Below, in pieces: positions 19,223-29,553 of a stretch of DNA of 64,000 nt (its first letter is position 1; each line of letters opens with the position of its first letter). The notes beneath the pieces are model-generated. The model searched no databases and was not told the origin of the DNA. It saw only the letters and a program-made list of their open reading frames with translations. The translations under genes were made by a program, and so were the position numbers. The DNA is from Bacteroidota bacterium (lineage in GTDB: Bacteria; Bacteroidota; Ignavibacteria; Kryptoniales; JAKASW01). The stretch is taken from NCBI GenBank assembly GCA_021845665.1, contig JAJZVO010000003.1, forward strand, positions 11,026 to 75,025, written 5' to 3'.

Positions 19223-19238
19223 GACAAAGCGCGTGCCG
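19223..19238 (-). promoter_or_regulatory. Sigma54-like -24/-12 promoter of the pilin operon
   Basis: CGGCACGCGCTTTGTC versus consensus TGGCACGNNNNTTGC. Confidence 0.45.
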
Positions 19239-19780
19239 GAAAGTAAGTGTGTTCCAGCATGGATTCGAGTTCCCCCGCGGCAGGATTTCTTATGGAGTTA
19301 CCGGATCGTAATGGAGGAGGCCGTTAATGTAACAGAAACATCTCATGCCGATTACCTGCCATACGGCAGTGGTACACTCACGATACGCCGGAGCAATTCG
19401 ATCTCATTATCTACACCTTAAGCTGGAGCTTTCGATTTTCACAGAACTTCAGCTCATTTCCCACTCGCCTCGGAACAAGTACCTCAATTCGTAATGACCG
19501 CTCACCGTCGCCTAATGCAAAATTAGGATTTCGTAAATGCCGCTCACCGGTTTGCTAAGAGGGATGAACGCTTTGCAACAAGCAGCCGCTGCTTGGCTTT
19601 GGGCATCTCACAGCAGCATGAGGTGTTCCAAAAGCGGCATCGATTGAAATCGACGCCTCGCAAAACATGAAACCCGGAGGGTTTTACGCTGCTGGTAGCC
19701 GTCCGATTCATCGGATGGCTCCTTTTGGGACACACCTTCCTTGCTCAATCAGGTAACGATGCTTCTTGCGGGCTAGGCAC

Positions 19781-19810
19781 AAAAAAAGGGAGCCGGACCG
19801 GGCTCCCTCA
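19781..19810 (-). terminator. Rho-independent terminator after GH31
   Basis: Minus strand AGGGAGCC-CGGTCC-GGCTCCCT followed by a T run. Confidence 0.85.
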
Positions 19811-19843
19811 CTACGCAAATGTCTCTTTTGTAATCCGGGACGC

Positions 19844-22243
19844 TTACTCTACGTGGATCGAGCGTACCCCGACATCGAACGGCAGCGATACCTGTACCAC
19901 CCCGCCTGAAAGATTTTCTATGGTGCACTTGACAGTTCCGCCGCCGCTCAACTTCGCGACCGCTTCGCGCGCCGGCGCGGGCATCCGGAGCCGGACTGTG
20001 AGTTCTTTATATGCCGGCTTGAATTCCCCTTCGGGCTTGAACTCGACATCGGCACTTCGTCCCGTCCGCTTCACCGCTACATCCATATTCAGGTAGTCGC
20101 CGTGCCGGAACGCGTACGTTTCACCGTCGTCGAAGTATGCGCCCCCCTCAGCATCACCATTGCCGTAAGCGCGGACGCAAAGTGTGTCTGCCTGCTCGCT
20201 CGTCGACTGGATCAGGCTCTGCGTGAAGAGCACGGTACCCTCTTTCACGAACACAGGCGTGAACCCGAGCGGCGCGTTCACTTCGTGCCATCCGCCGGAA
20301 ATTTCCGACCCGTCGTACATGCTCGCCCATTGGCCGGGCGGCAGGTAGACATCCCTTTTCACCGCGCCGGAGTCGAGGACGGGAGCGACGAGGAGTTTGC
20401 TTCCGAACGAGAATTCGTTGTAGATCTTATAGGCTTCCGGATCGTTCGGGAAATTAATATACAACGGCCTGATTATGGGAAGCCCGGTCTCGTGCGCTTC
20501 CCTGAATGCCGAGTAGACTTCCGGCATGAGCTCATATCTCCTGTCGATTATCTCACGGTTCAGCTTCGTATACGGCTGTCCGAACGACCACGGCTGGCGC
20601 TGTTTTGAATCCTTCACGCTGTGGGTCCTGAAGAAAGGCGTGAATGCGCCGAGCTCCAGCCATCGGGTGTAGAGTTCAGGCGAGGGGTTGCCGACGAAGC
20701 CGCCGACGTCGCTGCCGACGAACGGCTGGCCGCTGACGCCGATGTTCAGGAACATCGCGAGCGCGAGCTTCAGATGGGCGAAGCTGGCGAAGTTGTCGCC
20801 GGTCCACATCGCCGCGTAACGCTGGCCGCCGGCATAATTGGACCGCGTCAGGACGAATGGGCGCTTGCCCGGCTCGAGCTTTTCGAGCCCATCCCTGGTG
20901 CCGCGCGCCATCTGCATGCCGTACGCGTTGTGAACCTCGTAGTGTTCCACCATATCGCCGTCGATGTCCTGCAGGACGTCGGGCGGGAAAGTCTTGTTGG
21001 GCGTGTTGAACACGCTCGGCTCGTTCATGTCGTTCCAGAACCCGTCAACGCCGTAATCGAGCAGGTACTTATATTGCTCACCCCACCACTCTCTCGCCTT
21101 CCTGTCGAAGAAATCGGGGAACACGCAGTTGCCGGGCCATACCCGGCCGACGAAGTACTTTCCGTCAGGGAGTTTCACGAAGGCATCTTTCTTGATGCCG
21201 CTGTCGTAGACGCGGTACCCTTTCTCGTCCTTGATGCCGGGATCGATGATGGTCACCACCTTAAAGCCGAGCGAATGGAGCGTGTCGAGCATCTTGCGCG
21301 GAGTCGGAAAGTTCTTCGGGCTCCAGGTGAAGCACCTGTACCCGTCCATGTAGTCGATGTCGAGGAAGATGACGTCGCATGGTATCTGCTCTTTCCGGAA
21401 TTTGTGGGCAAGATCGAGCACCCTCGATTCGGGATAATAGCTCCACCTCGACTGCTGGTAGCCGAGCGACCAGATCGGCGGCATGTGCATCCTGCCGGTC
21501 AGATCCGAAAATTTCCTTACGACCTCCGCTGCGTTCTTCCCCGTGATTATGTAGAGTTGAAACGCGCCGGCCCTGGCGGTATATACGAACCTGTCGCTGT
21601 CCGTCTTGCCGATATCAAAGGTAGTGCGCGAAGGATTATCGAGGAAGATTCCGTAGGCGCCGCCCGGATCCGCCTTGAGCAGAAATGGAACGGTCTCATA
21701 TAACGGATCGAACTTGACGGCGTACGCCGGGTGGTCGGTATTCCACATCGTCCAGCGGCTGTCGTACTTGTTATACGGAAGTGTCTTCTCGCCGAGCCCG
21801 TAGAAATCACGCGCGCCGTGGATATTGAAATCGGCAACGAGACCCGAGTCGCCGAACTCGACCTTATCGAGGTCGACGATGTCTTTCCCATTGTCAGAGA
21901 CAAATCTGAGTTTCATTGTCTCCGGAGAAAACTCGATAGAGCCCTCAGGCAATTTCACCCTGATCGTCTCTTTTCCGACTTCCATTTTGTAACCGGACAG
22001 CTCTTCCGGAGATTCGATGACTGCAAAAGACTTGAGTGCCTTGCCGCCCCGTTCCAGCGTCAGGTGGAAAATCCCCGGTTTGAAGAGTTGTACTTTCGCC
22101 TTACCGGACTCGTAGTCCGCTACAACTTCGTGCGTGGACTTCTCCACGCTTTTAAGTCTGCCAAGTGCACCCATTTCGTCAGCTTTGTTGTGATTGGTTC
22201 CCAGAAAGGTCCCGAGACTAAGTATCAAGGCATAGATGAACAT
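19844..22243 (-). CDS. GH31 alpha-glucosidase, secreted
   Basis: GFWNDMNEP nucleophile; WTGDN; LDIDYMDG. Confidence 0.93.
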   Translation of the reverse strand: MFIYALILSLGTFLGTNHNKADEMGALGRLKSVEKSTHEVVADYESGKAKVQLFKPGIFHLTLERGGKALKSFAVIESPEELSGYKMEVGKETIRVKLPEGSIEFSPETMKLRFVSDNGKDIVDLDKVEFGDSGLVADFNIHGARDFYGLGEKTLPYNKYDSRWTMWNTDHPAYAVKFDPLYETVPFLLKADPGGAYGIFLDNPSRTTFDIGKTDSDRFVYTARAGAFQLYIITGKNAAEVVRKFSDLTGRMHMPPIWSLGYQQSRWSYYPESRVLDLAHKFRKEQIPCDVIFLDIDYMDGYRCFTWSPKNFPTPRKMLDTLHSLGFKVVTIIDPGIKDEKGYRVYDSGIKKDAFVKLPDGKYFVGRVWPGNCVFPDFFDRKAREWWGEQYKYLLDYGVDGFWNDMNEPSVFNTPNKTFPPDVLQDIDGDMVEHYEVHNAYGMQMARGTRDGLEKLEPGKRPFVLTRSNYAGGQRYAAMWTGDNFASFAHLKLALAMFLNIGVSGQPFVGSDVGGFVGNPSPELYTRWLELGAFTPFFRTHSVKDSKQRQPWSFGQPYTKLNREIIDRRYELMPEVYSAFREAHETGLPIIRPLYINFPNDPEAYKIYNEFSFGSKLLVAPVLDSGAVKRDVYLPPGQWASMYDGSEISGGWHEVNAPLGFTPVFVKEGTVLFTQSLIQSTSEQADTLCVRAYGNGDAEGGAYFDDGETYAFRHGDYLNMDVAVKRTGRSADVEFKPEGEFKPAYKELTVRLRMPAPAREAVAKLSGGGTVKCTIENLSGGVVQVSLPFDVGVRSIHVE

Positions 22244-22244
22244 T

Positions 22245-24071
22245 TCAGATCACCTTCAGGTGTAGTTCCATAAGTTGTTCTCTGCTCACTTCACTCGGCG
22301 CGTCGTCCATCAGCGACATGGCACTGCTCGTCTTCGGGAAAGCGATTACGTCGCGTATCGATTTGCTCCCGGTGAAAAGCATGATCAGCCTGTCGAAGCC
22401 GAATGCTATGCCGCCGTGAGGGGGAGCCCCGTACTTGAAGGCATCGAGGAGAAAGCCGAATTTTGTATTCGCCTCGTGCTCGGATATGCCGAGGCATGAA
22501 AACATTTTCTGCTGAAGCTCCGGCTGGAATATCCTGATGCTCCCTCCCGCGATCTCGTTACCGTTCATCACGAGGTCATAAGCTCTGGCGCGAACCTTCC
22601 CTATCGGGTTTTCAATAGTCCATCTTTTCTTCTTCTTGTGCTCCTCGATTCCCTGGTCGAGTATCGCCACATCTTCCTCCTTCGGGGAAGTGAAGGGATG
22701 ATGCATCGCCGCGAACCTCTTCTCATCATCGGACCACTCGAAAAGAGGGAACTCCGTAACCCAGAGGAGCGCGATCTTGTTCTGGTCGATGAGATCGAAT
22801 TTCTTCGCGACCTCGAGACGGAACTGCCCGAGAGTTAGGTAAACCTGTCGGCGAGGCTGCGTGACGATAAGGATAAGGTCGCCGTCTTCGGCCGCGAAGC
22901 TCTCGCGAAGGCCTTTGAGCTGATCGGCCGAGAAGAATTTCGCGGTTGGCGACTCCAGAGCGTCTGCAGTGACTTTGAAATAAACGAGTCCGGCAGCACC
23001 GCATGACTTGGCGAGATCGGTCAGATCATCGATCTGTTTCCTGCTAATCCCGGCCTGCTTCGGGAGATTGATTCCACAGATGAGGTTCCCCGCCTGCAAT
23101 CCTGTCTCGAACACCTTAAACTGCGACCCCTTCAGTATGCCGGTGACGTCCTGGATTTCGAGACCGAAGCGCAGGTCCGGCTTGTCGCTGCCGTATTTTG
23201 TCATGGCCTCGTCGTACTTCAGACGCGGAAGAGGAGTCTTTATATCCATTCCCTTCGCTTCCTTGAAGAGAGCCCTTATGAGTCCTTCGGCCATTTCATA
23301 TATATCCTCTTCGAGGACGAACGACATCTCGATATCTATCTGCGTAAATTCCGGCTGGCGGTCGGCGCGCAGGTCCTCGTCGCGGAAACATTTCACGATT
23401 TGGAAATACCTGTCGAAGCCGGAAACCATGAGTATCTGCTTATATGTTTGTGGAGATTGGGGAAGTGCGTAAAATTTCCCGTGGTGAATCCTGCTCGGGA
23501 CGAGATAATCGCGGGCACCTTCGGGAGTGCTCTTCATGAGGAACGGCGTCTCTATCTCCATGAAATTCAGGGAATCGAGATACTTCCGCACAGCCTGTGC
23601 CATCTTGTGTCTCGTCAGCAGGTTGCTTTGCATCTGATGACGCCTCAGATCAAGGAAGCGGTATTTCAGCCTGAGGTCTTCGCTCGTCTCGATTTCATCC
23701 TCTATCGGGAACGGAGGAGTCTCCGCCTCGTTGAGGATGACGAGATCGTCTCCCAGAATCTCGATCTCGCCCGTCGGAAGGGACTTGTTTTCAGTGCCGT
23801 CGGGTCTTCTTTCGGCCTTTCCGACTACGGCAATTACATCTTCGCTTCTTAACTGCTTCGCAATTTGATAAACGTTCTGGTTGTGCTGCGGAGCAAAGAC
23901 AACCTGTGTCTTGCCATACCGGTCGCGGAGATCAATGAAGATCACTCCACCGAGATCGCGCCTCCCGTCGACCCAGCCATTTAACGTCACGACTTCATTA
24001 ACATTCTTCGCCCTGAGCTCACCGCACGTATGCGTTCTTTTCTTGCCACGCAATGATGTTGTTTCAGACAT
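22245..24071 (-). CDS. aspS: Aspartate--tRNA ligase
   Basis: RTHTCGELR, FRDEDLRADRQPEFTQ, GAPPHGGIAFGFDR. Confidence 0.97.
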   Translation of the reverse strand: MSETTSLRGKKRTHTCGELRAKNVNEVVTLNGWVDGRRDLGGVIFIDLRDRYGKTQVVFAPQHNQNVYQIAKQLRSEDVIAVVGKAERRPDGTENKSLPTGEIEILGDDLVILNEAETPPFPIEDEIETSEDLRLKYRFLDLRRHQMQSNLLTRHKMAQAVRKYLDSLNFMEIETPFLMKSTPEGARDYLVPSRIHHGKFYALPQSPQTYKQILMVSGFDRYFQIVKCFRDEDLRADRQPEFTQIDIEMSFVLEEDIYEMAEGLIRALFKEAKGMDIKTPLPRLKYDEAMTKYGSDKPDLRFGLEIQDVTGILKGSQFKVFETGLQAGNLICGINLPKQAGISRKQIDDLTDLAKSCGAAGLVYFKVTADALESPTAKFFSADQLKGLRESFAAEDGDLILIVTQPRRQVYLTLGQFRLEVAKKFDLIDQNKIALLWVTEFPLFEWSDDEKRFAAMHHPFTSPKEEDVAILDQGIEEHKKKKRWTIENPIGKVRARAYDLVMNGNEIAGGSIRIFQPELQQKMFSCLGISEHEANTKFGFLLDAFKYGAPPHGGIAFGFDRLIMLFTGSKSIRDVIAFPKTSSAMSLMDDAPSEVSREQLMELHLKVI

Positions 24072-24215
24072 TTTTACTTCAGTTAGTTAGTTCACAATTG
24101 GAAAATTCAATATAAGAAAGGGGGGAACCAGTTTCAAAATGACGGTTTTCTGGGGTGGTGCCGTGATTTGATTTCCTTCGAGACTGGACCGGACGAGACA
24201 GAGCCGGTGCTTAAA

Positions 24216-26021
24216 TCAGAGTCTGCCGAACTTCTTGTCCAGCTCGAGCAGCGGAATCTTGACGAGTACCGGTCTGCCGTGAGGACAAACGTACGGCACT
24301 TCCGCCTGGAAGAGCTGATCGATGAGAGATTCCATCTCCTCCATCGTAAGATAGTCGCCCGCCTTCACGGCCGCTTTGCAGGCATACGTCTTGCAGAGCT
24401 TCTCGCGCGGAGTGAGGCGCAGATCGTTGTCGCGCTTGTAGTCCTCGAGGATCTCGGTGAGTATCGTGCTCTCCCTGCCGGGCTTCAGATCGACCGGGAC
24501 CCCATCGAGAACGACGGTCGATCCGCTGAAAGTCTTCAAGCTGAACCCCATCAGGTTGAGGTCGGGGAGGATTTCTTCGATGATAGTGAAATCGGCGGGA
24601 CCGAGGTTGAGGCTGATCGGAAAGAGAAGCTGCTGAGTGTTCTGACCATGTTCGCTGAATCTCCTGAGGGTTCTCTCATAGATTACGCGTTCGTGTGCGG
24701 CATGCTGATCCACAACGAGGAGCCCCGTAGAGATCTGGGATATGATGTACTTGTTGTGGAGCTGGTAGATGATGCCCGCACCGCTATCGATAGGTGCGCT
24801 TTCATCTTCAGCGGTATCGGTAGAAGTGCCGCGATTTTGCGGAACGCGGAGCGAGAAAAGGGGATCCACAGCGTCGGCAATTCTCTCGTCATCGAGGAAT
24901 CTGCCTCTCGAACCCGACTGCTGGGCGGCAGCTGAACTGAACGTTACGGGGACGATCCCTCCCCGGGACGACTCAGTAGTCGGACGGCTGAAGAAGCGCC
25001 CCGATTCGGAGGAAATCCCCATCTCGGGCACCAGATCGCTCTTGACGAGCGCGCTTCGAGTAGCTGAACGGATCGCGCCGTAGATGCTTCTCTCGTCCCT
25101 GAATTTCACCTCCATCTTGGACGGATGGACGTTCACGTCGACCTCGTCGGGAGGCATCTCGATGAAAATCGCAAAGAACGGGAAGTCGCCTTTATCGATC
25201 AGATTCTCGTAAGCGGAGAAGGCGGCGTGATTGACGGCCTTGCTGAGTACATATCTCCTGTTGAGAAAGAGGAACTGCTCGCCGCGGGTCCGCTTCGTAT
25301 ATTCAGGCTTTCCGAGGAATCCGCTGATCTTGAGACGATCATATTCTTCTTCGAATGCGACCAGTGAATCGGTGAACCGGTCTCCGAAAACTTCGTCCAG
25401 CCTGCCGCGAACGGTGTCCGACTTCGCGCGGAGCACCAAGTCCTCGCCCGACTGCAGTGTGAATTTTATATTCGGGAAAGCTATGGCATACCGAGAAACG
25501 GTCTGGTACACATGCCTGAACTCGGTAGGATTTGCCTTCATGAAGTTTCTTCTTCCGGGCGTATTGAAAAAGAGATTCCTGACTATGATGGTCGTTCCGG
25601 TGGCATGGGCGGCTCTGGAAAGCTCTTCCCTTTTTCCTCCATCTATTCGGATGTAAACGGCCGCGTCCTCTTCGTCGGTCTTCGTTTTCAGTTCGACCTG
25701 AGACACAGCCGCTATCGAGTAGAGCGCTTCGCCGCGGAAGCCAAGAGTAGATACATTCTCGAGGTCCTGGTACGTTTCGATTTTGCTTGTAGCGTGCCGC
25801 TCGAAAGCGAGGAGGGCGTCTTCCTCGTTCATACCCGTGCCGTCGTCGGTAACCCTGATGAAGCTTTTGCCTGCATCTTTGACCTCGACGTCGATCGATC
25901 TCGCCCCGGCATCGATTGAATTTTCGATAAGCTCTTTGACGACCGACTCCGGGCGCTGGACCACCTCGCCTGCGGCTATCTTGCTCGCTATCTCTTCGGA
26001 AAGGACTTTAATATTTGCCAT
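24216..26021 (-). CDS. mutL: DNA mismatch repair endonuclease MutL
   Basis: IAAGEVV, GFRGEAL, DQHAAHE, CPHGRP. Confidence 0.97.
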   Translation of the reverse strand: MANIKVLSEEIASKIAAGEVVQRPESVVKELIENSIDAGARSIDVEVKDAGKSFIRVTDDGTGMNEEDALLAFERHATSKIETYQDLENVSTLGFRGEALYSIAAVSQVELKTKTDEEDAAVYIRIDGGKREELSRAAHATGTTIIVRNLFFNTPGRRNFMKANPTEFRHVYQTVSRYAIAFPNIKFTLQSGEDLVLRAKSDTVRGRLDEVFGDRFTDSLVAFEEEYDRLKISGFLGKPEYTKRTRGEQFLFLNRRYVLSKAVNHAAFSAYENLIDKGDFPFFAIFIEMPPDEVDVNVHPSKMEVKFRDERSIYGAIRSATRSALVKSDLVPEMGISSESGRFFSRPTTESSRGGIVPVTFSSAAAQQSGSRGRFLDDERIADAVDPLFSLRVPQNRGTSTDTAEDESAPIDSGAGIIYQLHNKYIISQISTGLLVVDQHAAHERVIYERTLRRFSEHGQNTQQLLFPISLNLGPADFTIIEEILPDLNLMGFSLKTFSGSTVVLDGVPVDLKPGRESTILTEILEDYKRDNDLRLTPREKLCKTYACKAAVKAGDYLTMEEMESLIDQLFQAEVPYVCPHGRPVLVKIPLLELDKKFGRL

Positions 26022-26989
26022 TACGTTCCTTCTGCCACGGATCCTGCGGCGGAGTTTTCATCCTGTGTGTCGGAAAACAGCGCTTCGACGAATGTGTCCC
26101 TGTCGAATGGCTGCAAATCGTCTATCCCTTCGCCGACTCCAATATATTTAACCGGCAATTTAAGTTCCTGGCTGATAGCAATCACGATCCCCCCTTTTGC
26201 GGTTCCGTCGAGCTTGGTGAGGACAATGCCGGTGACGCCCGCAGCATCGAGAAACTGCCGCGCCTGGACGAGCCCGTTCTGACCGGTGACGGCATCGAGG
26301 ACAAGGTAGACTTCATGCGGCGCTTCGGGGATCACCTTCTTCACGACCCTGACAATCTTTTTGAGCTCTTCCATCAGGTTTGTTTTTGTATGGAGCCTTC
26401 CTGCGGTGTCCACCAGGACCACATCGATTCCGCGGGCCTTTGCGGCATTGACCGCGTCGTAAGCCACGGCACCGGGATCGGTACCCGGGGTCTGCTGAAT
26501 CATCTCCACGCCTGCCCGTTTCGCCCAGATCTGAAGCTGTTCGTTGGCTGCCGCGCGGAAGGTATCTGCAGCGGCGATGAGCACTCTCTTTCCGTCGTTC
26601 CTGAAATTATAGGAAAGCTTCCCGACGGTCGTGGTCTTCCCTACTCCGTTTACGCCGACGATCATTATAACTTGCGGCCCGCCGTCGTGACGGGAGGTGC
26701 CATCGGGCACGATCAGGTATTTCGCGATCTCCTCTCTCAAAAGCCGCTTGAGTACCGCCGCGTCTTCATAGCCCTCAGACTTGACGCGTGCCCGGATGTC
26801 CCCGATGATTTTCTCGGTGGCATCGAATCCTACGTCGCTCGAAAGGAGTGTCTCCTCTATTTCGCCGATCAACTCGTCGTCGATCTTCGTCTTCTTAGCA
26901 ATCACCTTCGTGATTCTTTCGACGAAAGTCGAACGAGTTCGCGACAGCCCGTCTTTTACTTTCTTGAATCGATCAAGCAAACCCATCAA
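26021..26989 (-). CDS. ftsY: SRP receptor FtsY
   Basis: [32 protein letters not shown]. Confidence 0.97.
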   Translation of the reverse strand: MMGLLDRFKKVKDGLSRTRSTFVERITKVIAKKTKIDDELIGEIEETLLSSDVGFDATEKIIGDIRARVKSEGYEDAAVLKRLLREEIAKYLIVPDGTSRHDGGPQVIMIVGVNGVGKTTTVGKLSYNFRNDGKRVLIAAADTFRAAANEQLQIWAKRAGVEMIQQTPGTDPGAVAYDAVNAAKARGIDVVLVDTAGRLHTKTNLMEELKKIVRVVKKVIPEAPHEVYLVLDAVTGQNGLVQARQFLDAAGVTGIVLTKLDGTAKGGIVIAISQELKLPVKYIGVGEGIDDLQPFDRDTFVEALFSDTQDENSAAGSVAEGT

Positions 26990-27034
26990 TAGTAAATTCC
27001 TTTAAGTAATGAAACGGCAGGCCGCAACCCGTGA

Positions 27035-27598
27035 TCAGGCTGCCCGATTCTCCGCCATATGCTTCCGATAAATAGCGACGTATACTCCAAGTGAAATGAA
27101 AAGTCCCGCCGTGCTCAGATAAAGGAGGACGGTCTTCAGCGTCGCGAGCGATTCCTCCCTCAGAGTCGCAACAAGAAGAAAAGCCGCGATGAACGCCACG
27201 GTCCACTTACCCGCCCATACGGACTGAACGACCACCTTACGCCTGTTGATGATCAACACACTCCCTGCGACGATGAGAATATCGCGGAGTGCGACCAGGC
27301 CTGCGTACCAGAGAGGCGCATCACCGACAACGACAAGCGCGGCGGAAATTGCAATAATACATATCTTATCCGCGATTGGATCGAGGAGCCGGCCGAAGTC
27401 GGTTACCTGGTTCAATGCTCTCGCCAGGAGTCCGTCAAAAAAATCCGTTGCCGCCGATAGGACCATCAGCACGATAACCCATAAACGGTATTGATTTCCT
27501 GGCTGGAGGATCAGCAGCACGATCGGAACCATCAAGATCACACGGCTCAGGCTGAGAACGTTTGAGACGGTCCACTGCCTCTCAACCTTCAATTCCAT
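27035..27598 (-). CDS. CDP-alcohol phosphatidyltransferase (PgsA-like)
   Basis: DFFDGLLAR...GRLLDPIADK motif; start taken at MELKVE. Confidence 0.9.
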   Translation of the reverse strand: MELKVERQWTVSNVLSLSRVILMVPIVLLILQPGNQYRLWVIVLMVLSAATDFFDGLLARALNQVTDFGRLLDPIADKICIIAISAALVVVGDAPLWYAGLVALRDILIVAGSVLIINRRKVVVQSVWAGKWTVAFIAAFLLVATLREESLATLKTVLLYLSTAGLFISLGVYVAIYRKHMAENRAA

Positions 27599-27717
27599 AC
27601 TTCCGCGAGATGCTTGGGTCAACCGAGGTTTACTCCCAGTTTCCGGATCAAAAAGCACTTATTCCAAATGGTCCAGCCGCTGCCCGCGGCGACCGACGGA
27701 AGACCGAAGCGAAACAG

Positions 27718-29223
27718 TCAATACCTTGCCTCATTTATATTCGCTTCAAACTCTTCCTTGCGGTTTATCTCGACCTCGGTCGGGTATTGCCCGCTGAAAC
27801 AGGCAGTACAGTAGTTCTTGTGCTCTCCTCCTGGCACCGAGTCGAGAAGCTTTTCCAGCGAAAGATAGGAAAGAGAATCTACGTTCAATTCCTTCCGCAT
27901 GGCTTCAAGATCGCCGTCCTGCTGGTTGGCAAACAGCTCTCCTTCCGATGGGAAGTCCATACCGTAATAACATGGATGCATGATCGGAGGCGAGCTCACA
28001 CGGAAATGCACTTCCGCAGGCTCGGCCTCCCTGATAAGCTTCACCAGCTGCTTGCTCGTGGTTCCGCGGACGATGGAATCGTCCACTATCACGACTTTCC
28101 TTCCCTTCAGCACTCCCTTCACTGTATTGAACTTAATCTTCACCTTGAGGTCGCGGGAATACTGGTTCGGCTGTATGAAAGTTCTCCCGATGTAATGACT
28201 TCTTATCAGGCCGATCTCGAATTTAGCCTTAATACCCATCTTGAGACTCTGCGATACGAAGCCAAGAGTGGCGGTGTTCGATGAGTCCGGTACGCTTATG
28301 ACGACAAGTTTCTCGTCCTCATCGTTCTGTACAGGAGATTCTTCGGCAAGCCCCTTGCCGATTTTTCTCCTCACCTTATCTACACTCTCTCCAAAGATTT
28401 TGCTGTCGGGCCGTGAGAAGTAAATGTATTCGAAAATGCAATGCCTGGACTGTTTCGGAATGTCAGGCAGAAACATGGAATGAACCTCACCGGCTGCCAA
28501 TGCATCGTCATCTATGATGACCATCTCGCCCGGTTCGACGTCGCGTAAATACTCGGCGCCGAGGATGTCGAACGCGCATGTTTCGGAAGCGGCAATGAAG
28601 GCATTTCCTATCTTGCCGAGCGACAGAGGCCGAAAGCCGTAAGGGTCCCTCGCCACAATAAGTTGATTGTCCGTGAGTATGACAAGCGAGAAAGCGCCCT
28701 TTACGATCTGCAATGCTTCATAAACCTGCTCGATTATGGTCTCTTTCTGACTCTTTGCAATCAAATGCAGAATGATCTCTGTGTCTGTTGTCGTCTGAAA
28801 GATTGTTCCGCTCTCAGTCAGCTCGTCACGCAGGCGGTGGGAGTTGGTCAGGTTGCCGTTATGAGCGATCGCGAGATTTCCCTCTCGATAATTAACGATT
28901 ATCGGCTGGACATTTTTCCTGCTCTCGGCCGCACCGGTTGTCGAGTACCTGTTATGACCAATTCCGGCATTGCCCCTGAGGACTTCGGTCAATATTCGCT
29001 CGTCCTTGAAGACATCTGAGATAAGGCCGGTACTCTTGTGGACATTGAAGGCCGTTTTCTCAGGGGTTTTTTCTCTGGTGACGATGCCGGCAGCTTCCTG
29101 GCCACGGTGCTGAAGGGCATTCAAACCGTAATAAATGAAATTCGACGCGTTTTCGGCCCCGTAAATACCGACTATCCCGCAGAAGGTTTTCGGCTTGTTT
29201 ATCTTCAGGTTTGCTTCGCGCAT
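27718..29223 (-). CDS. purF: Amidophosphoribosyltransferase
   Basis: Propeptide then CGIVG, QHRGQE, VDDSIVRGTT, Fe-S cysteines CYYG and CTAC. Confidence 0.97.
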   Translation of the reverse strand: MREANLKINKPKTFCGIVGIYGAENASNFIYYGLNALQHRGQEAAGIVTREKTPEKTAFNVHKSTGLISDVFKDERILTEVLRGNAGIGHNRYSTTGAAESRKNVQPIIVNYREGNLAIAHNGNLTNSHRLRDELTESGTIFQTTTDTEIILHLIAKSQKETIIEQVYEALQIVKGAFSLVILTDNQLIVARDPYGFRPLSLGKIGNAFIAASETCAFDILGAEYLRDVEPGEMVIIDDDALAAGEVHSMFLPDIPKQSRHCIFEYIYFSRPDSKIFGESVDKVRRKIGKGLAEESPVQNDEDEKLVVISVPDSSNTATLGFVSQSLKMGIKAKFEIGLIRSHYIGRTFIQPNQYSRDLKVKIKFNTVKGVLKGRKVVIVDDSIVRGTTSKQLVKLIREAEPAEVHFRVSSPPIMHPCYYGMDFPSEGELFANQQDGDLEAMRKELNVDSLSYLSLEKLLDSVPGGEHKNYCTACFSGQYPTEVEINRKEEFEANINEARY

Positions 29224-29509
29224 TTAGTGCTTCACTCCATCAATTCTCGGTAGGAAATCTAAGACGTTCACCAGCGACATAGATGAACTTATCCTGTGAA
29301 ATCGGGATCGGTATAAAATTAACTAAGACTCAAAAGTAAAACAAACGTGTGCGAGTGCCTGAAAACCTTTGTGCCCTGAACGCTGCGCGTGTTCAATTTT
29401 CAACCGCAAGGATCGAGGAGAACGCGCACTAAACATCAAGGGTCAGGAACTCGCTTACCCGGCAACCTTTGGAGATCAACTTTCGCTCCGGCCTCATATA
29501 GAACACACA

Positions 29510-29532
29510 GCGGCGTCTCGATGGGACGCCGC
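29510..29532 (-). terminator. GC hairpin after lon paralog 2
   Basis: GCGGCGTC ... GACGCCGC 8-bp stem; weak U tract. Confidence 0.5.
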
Positions 29533-29553
29533 CGGATTACGAATCGTATCTTT

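Noticed and set aside
19610-19730. Hairpins with GAAA and GCAAA near the pilus promoter resembling a c-di-GMP-I riboswitch
   Set aside because: Core consensus not matched, and the resemblance is on the strand opposite the pilin genes.
29224-29345. Purine, PRPP or ZTP riboswitch upstream of purF
   Set aside because: No consensus elements recognised in the leader.
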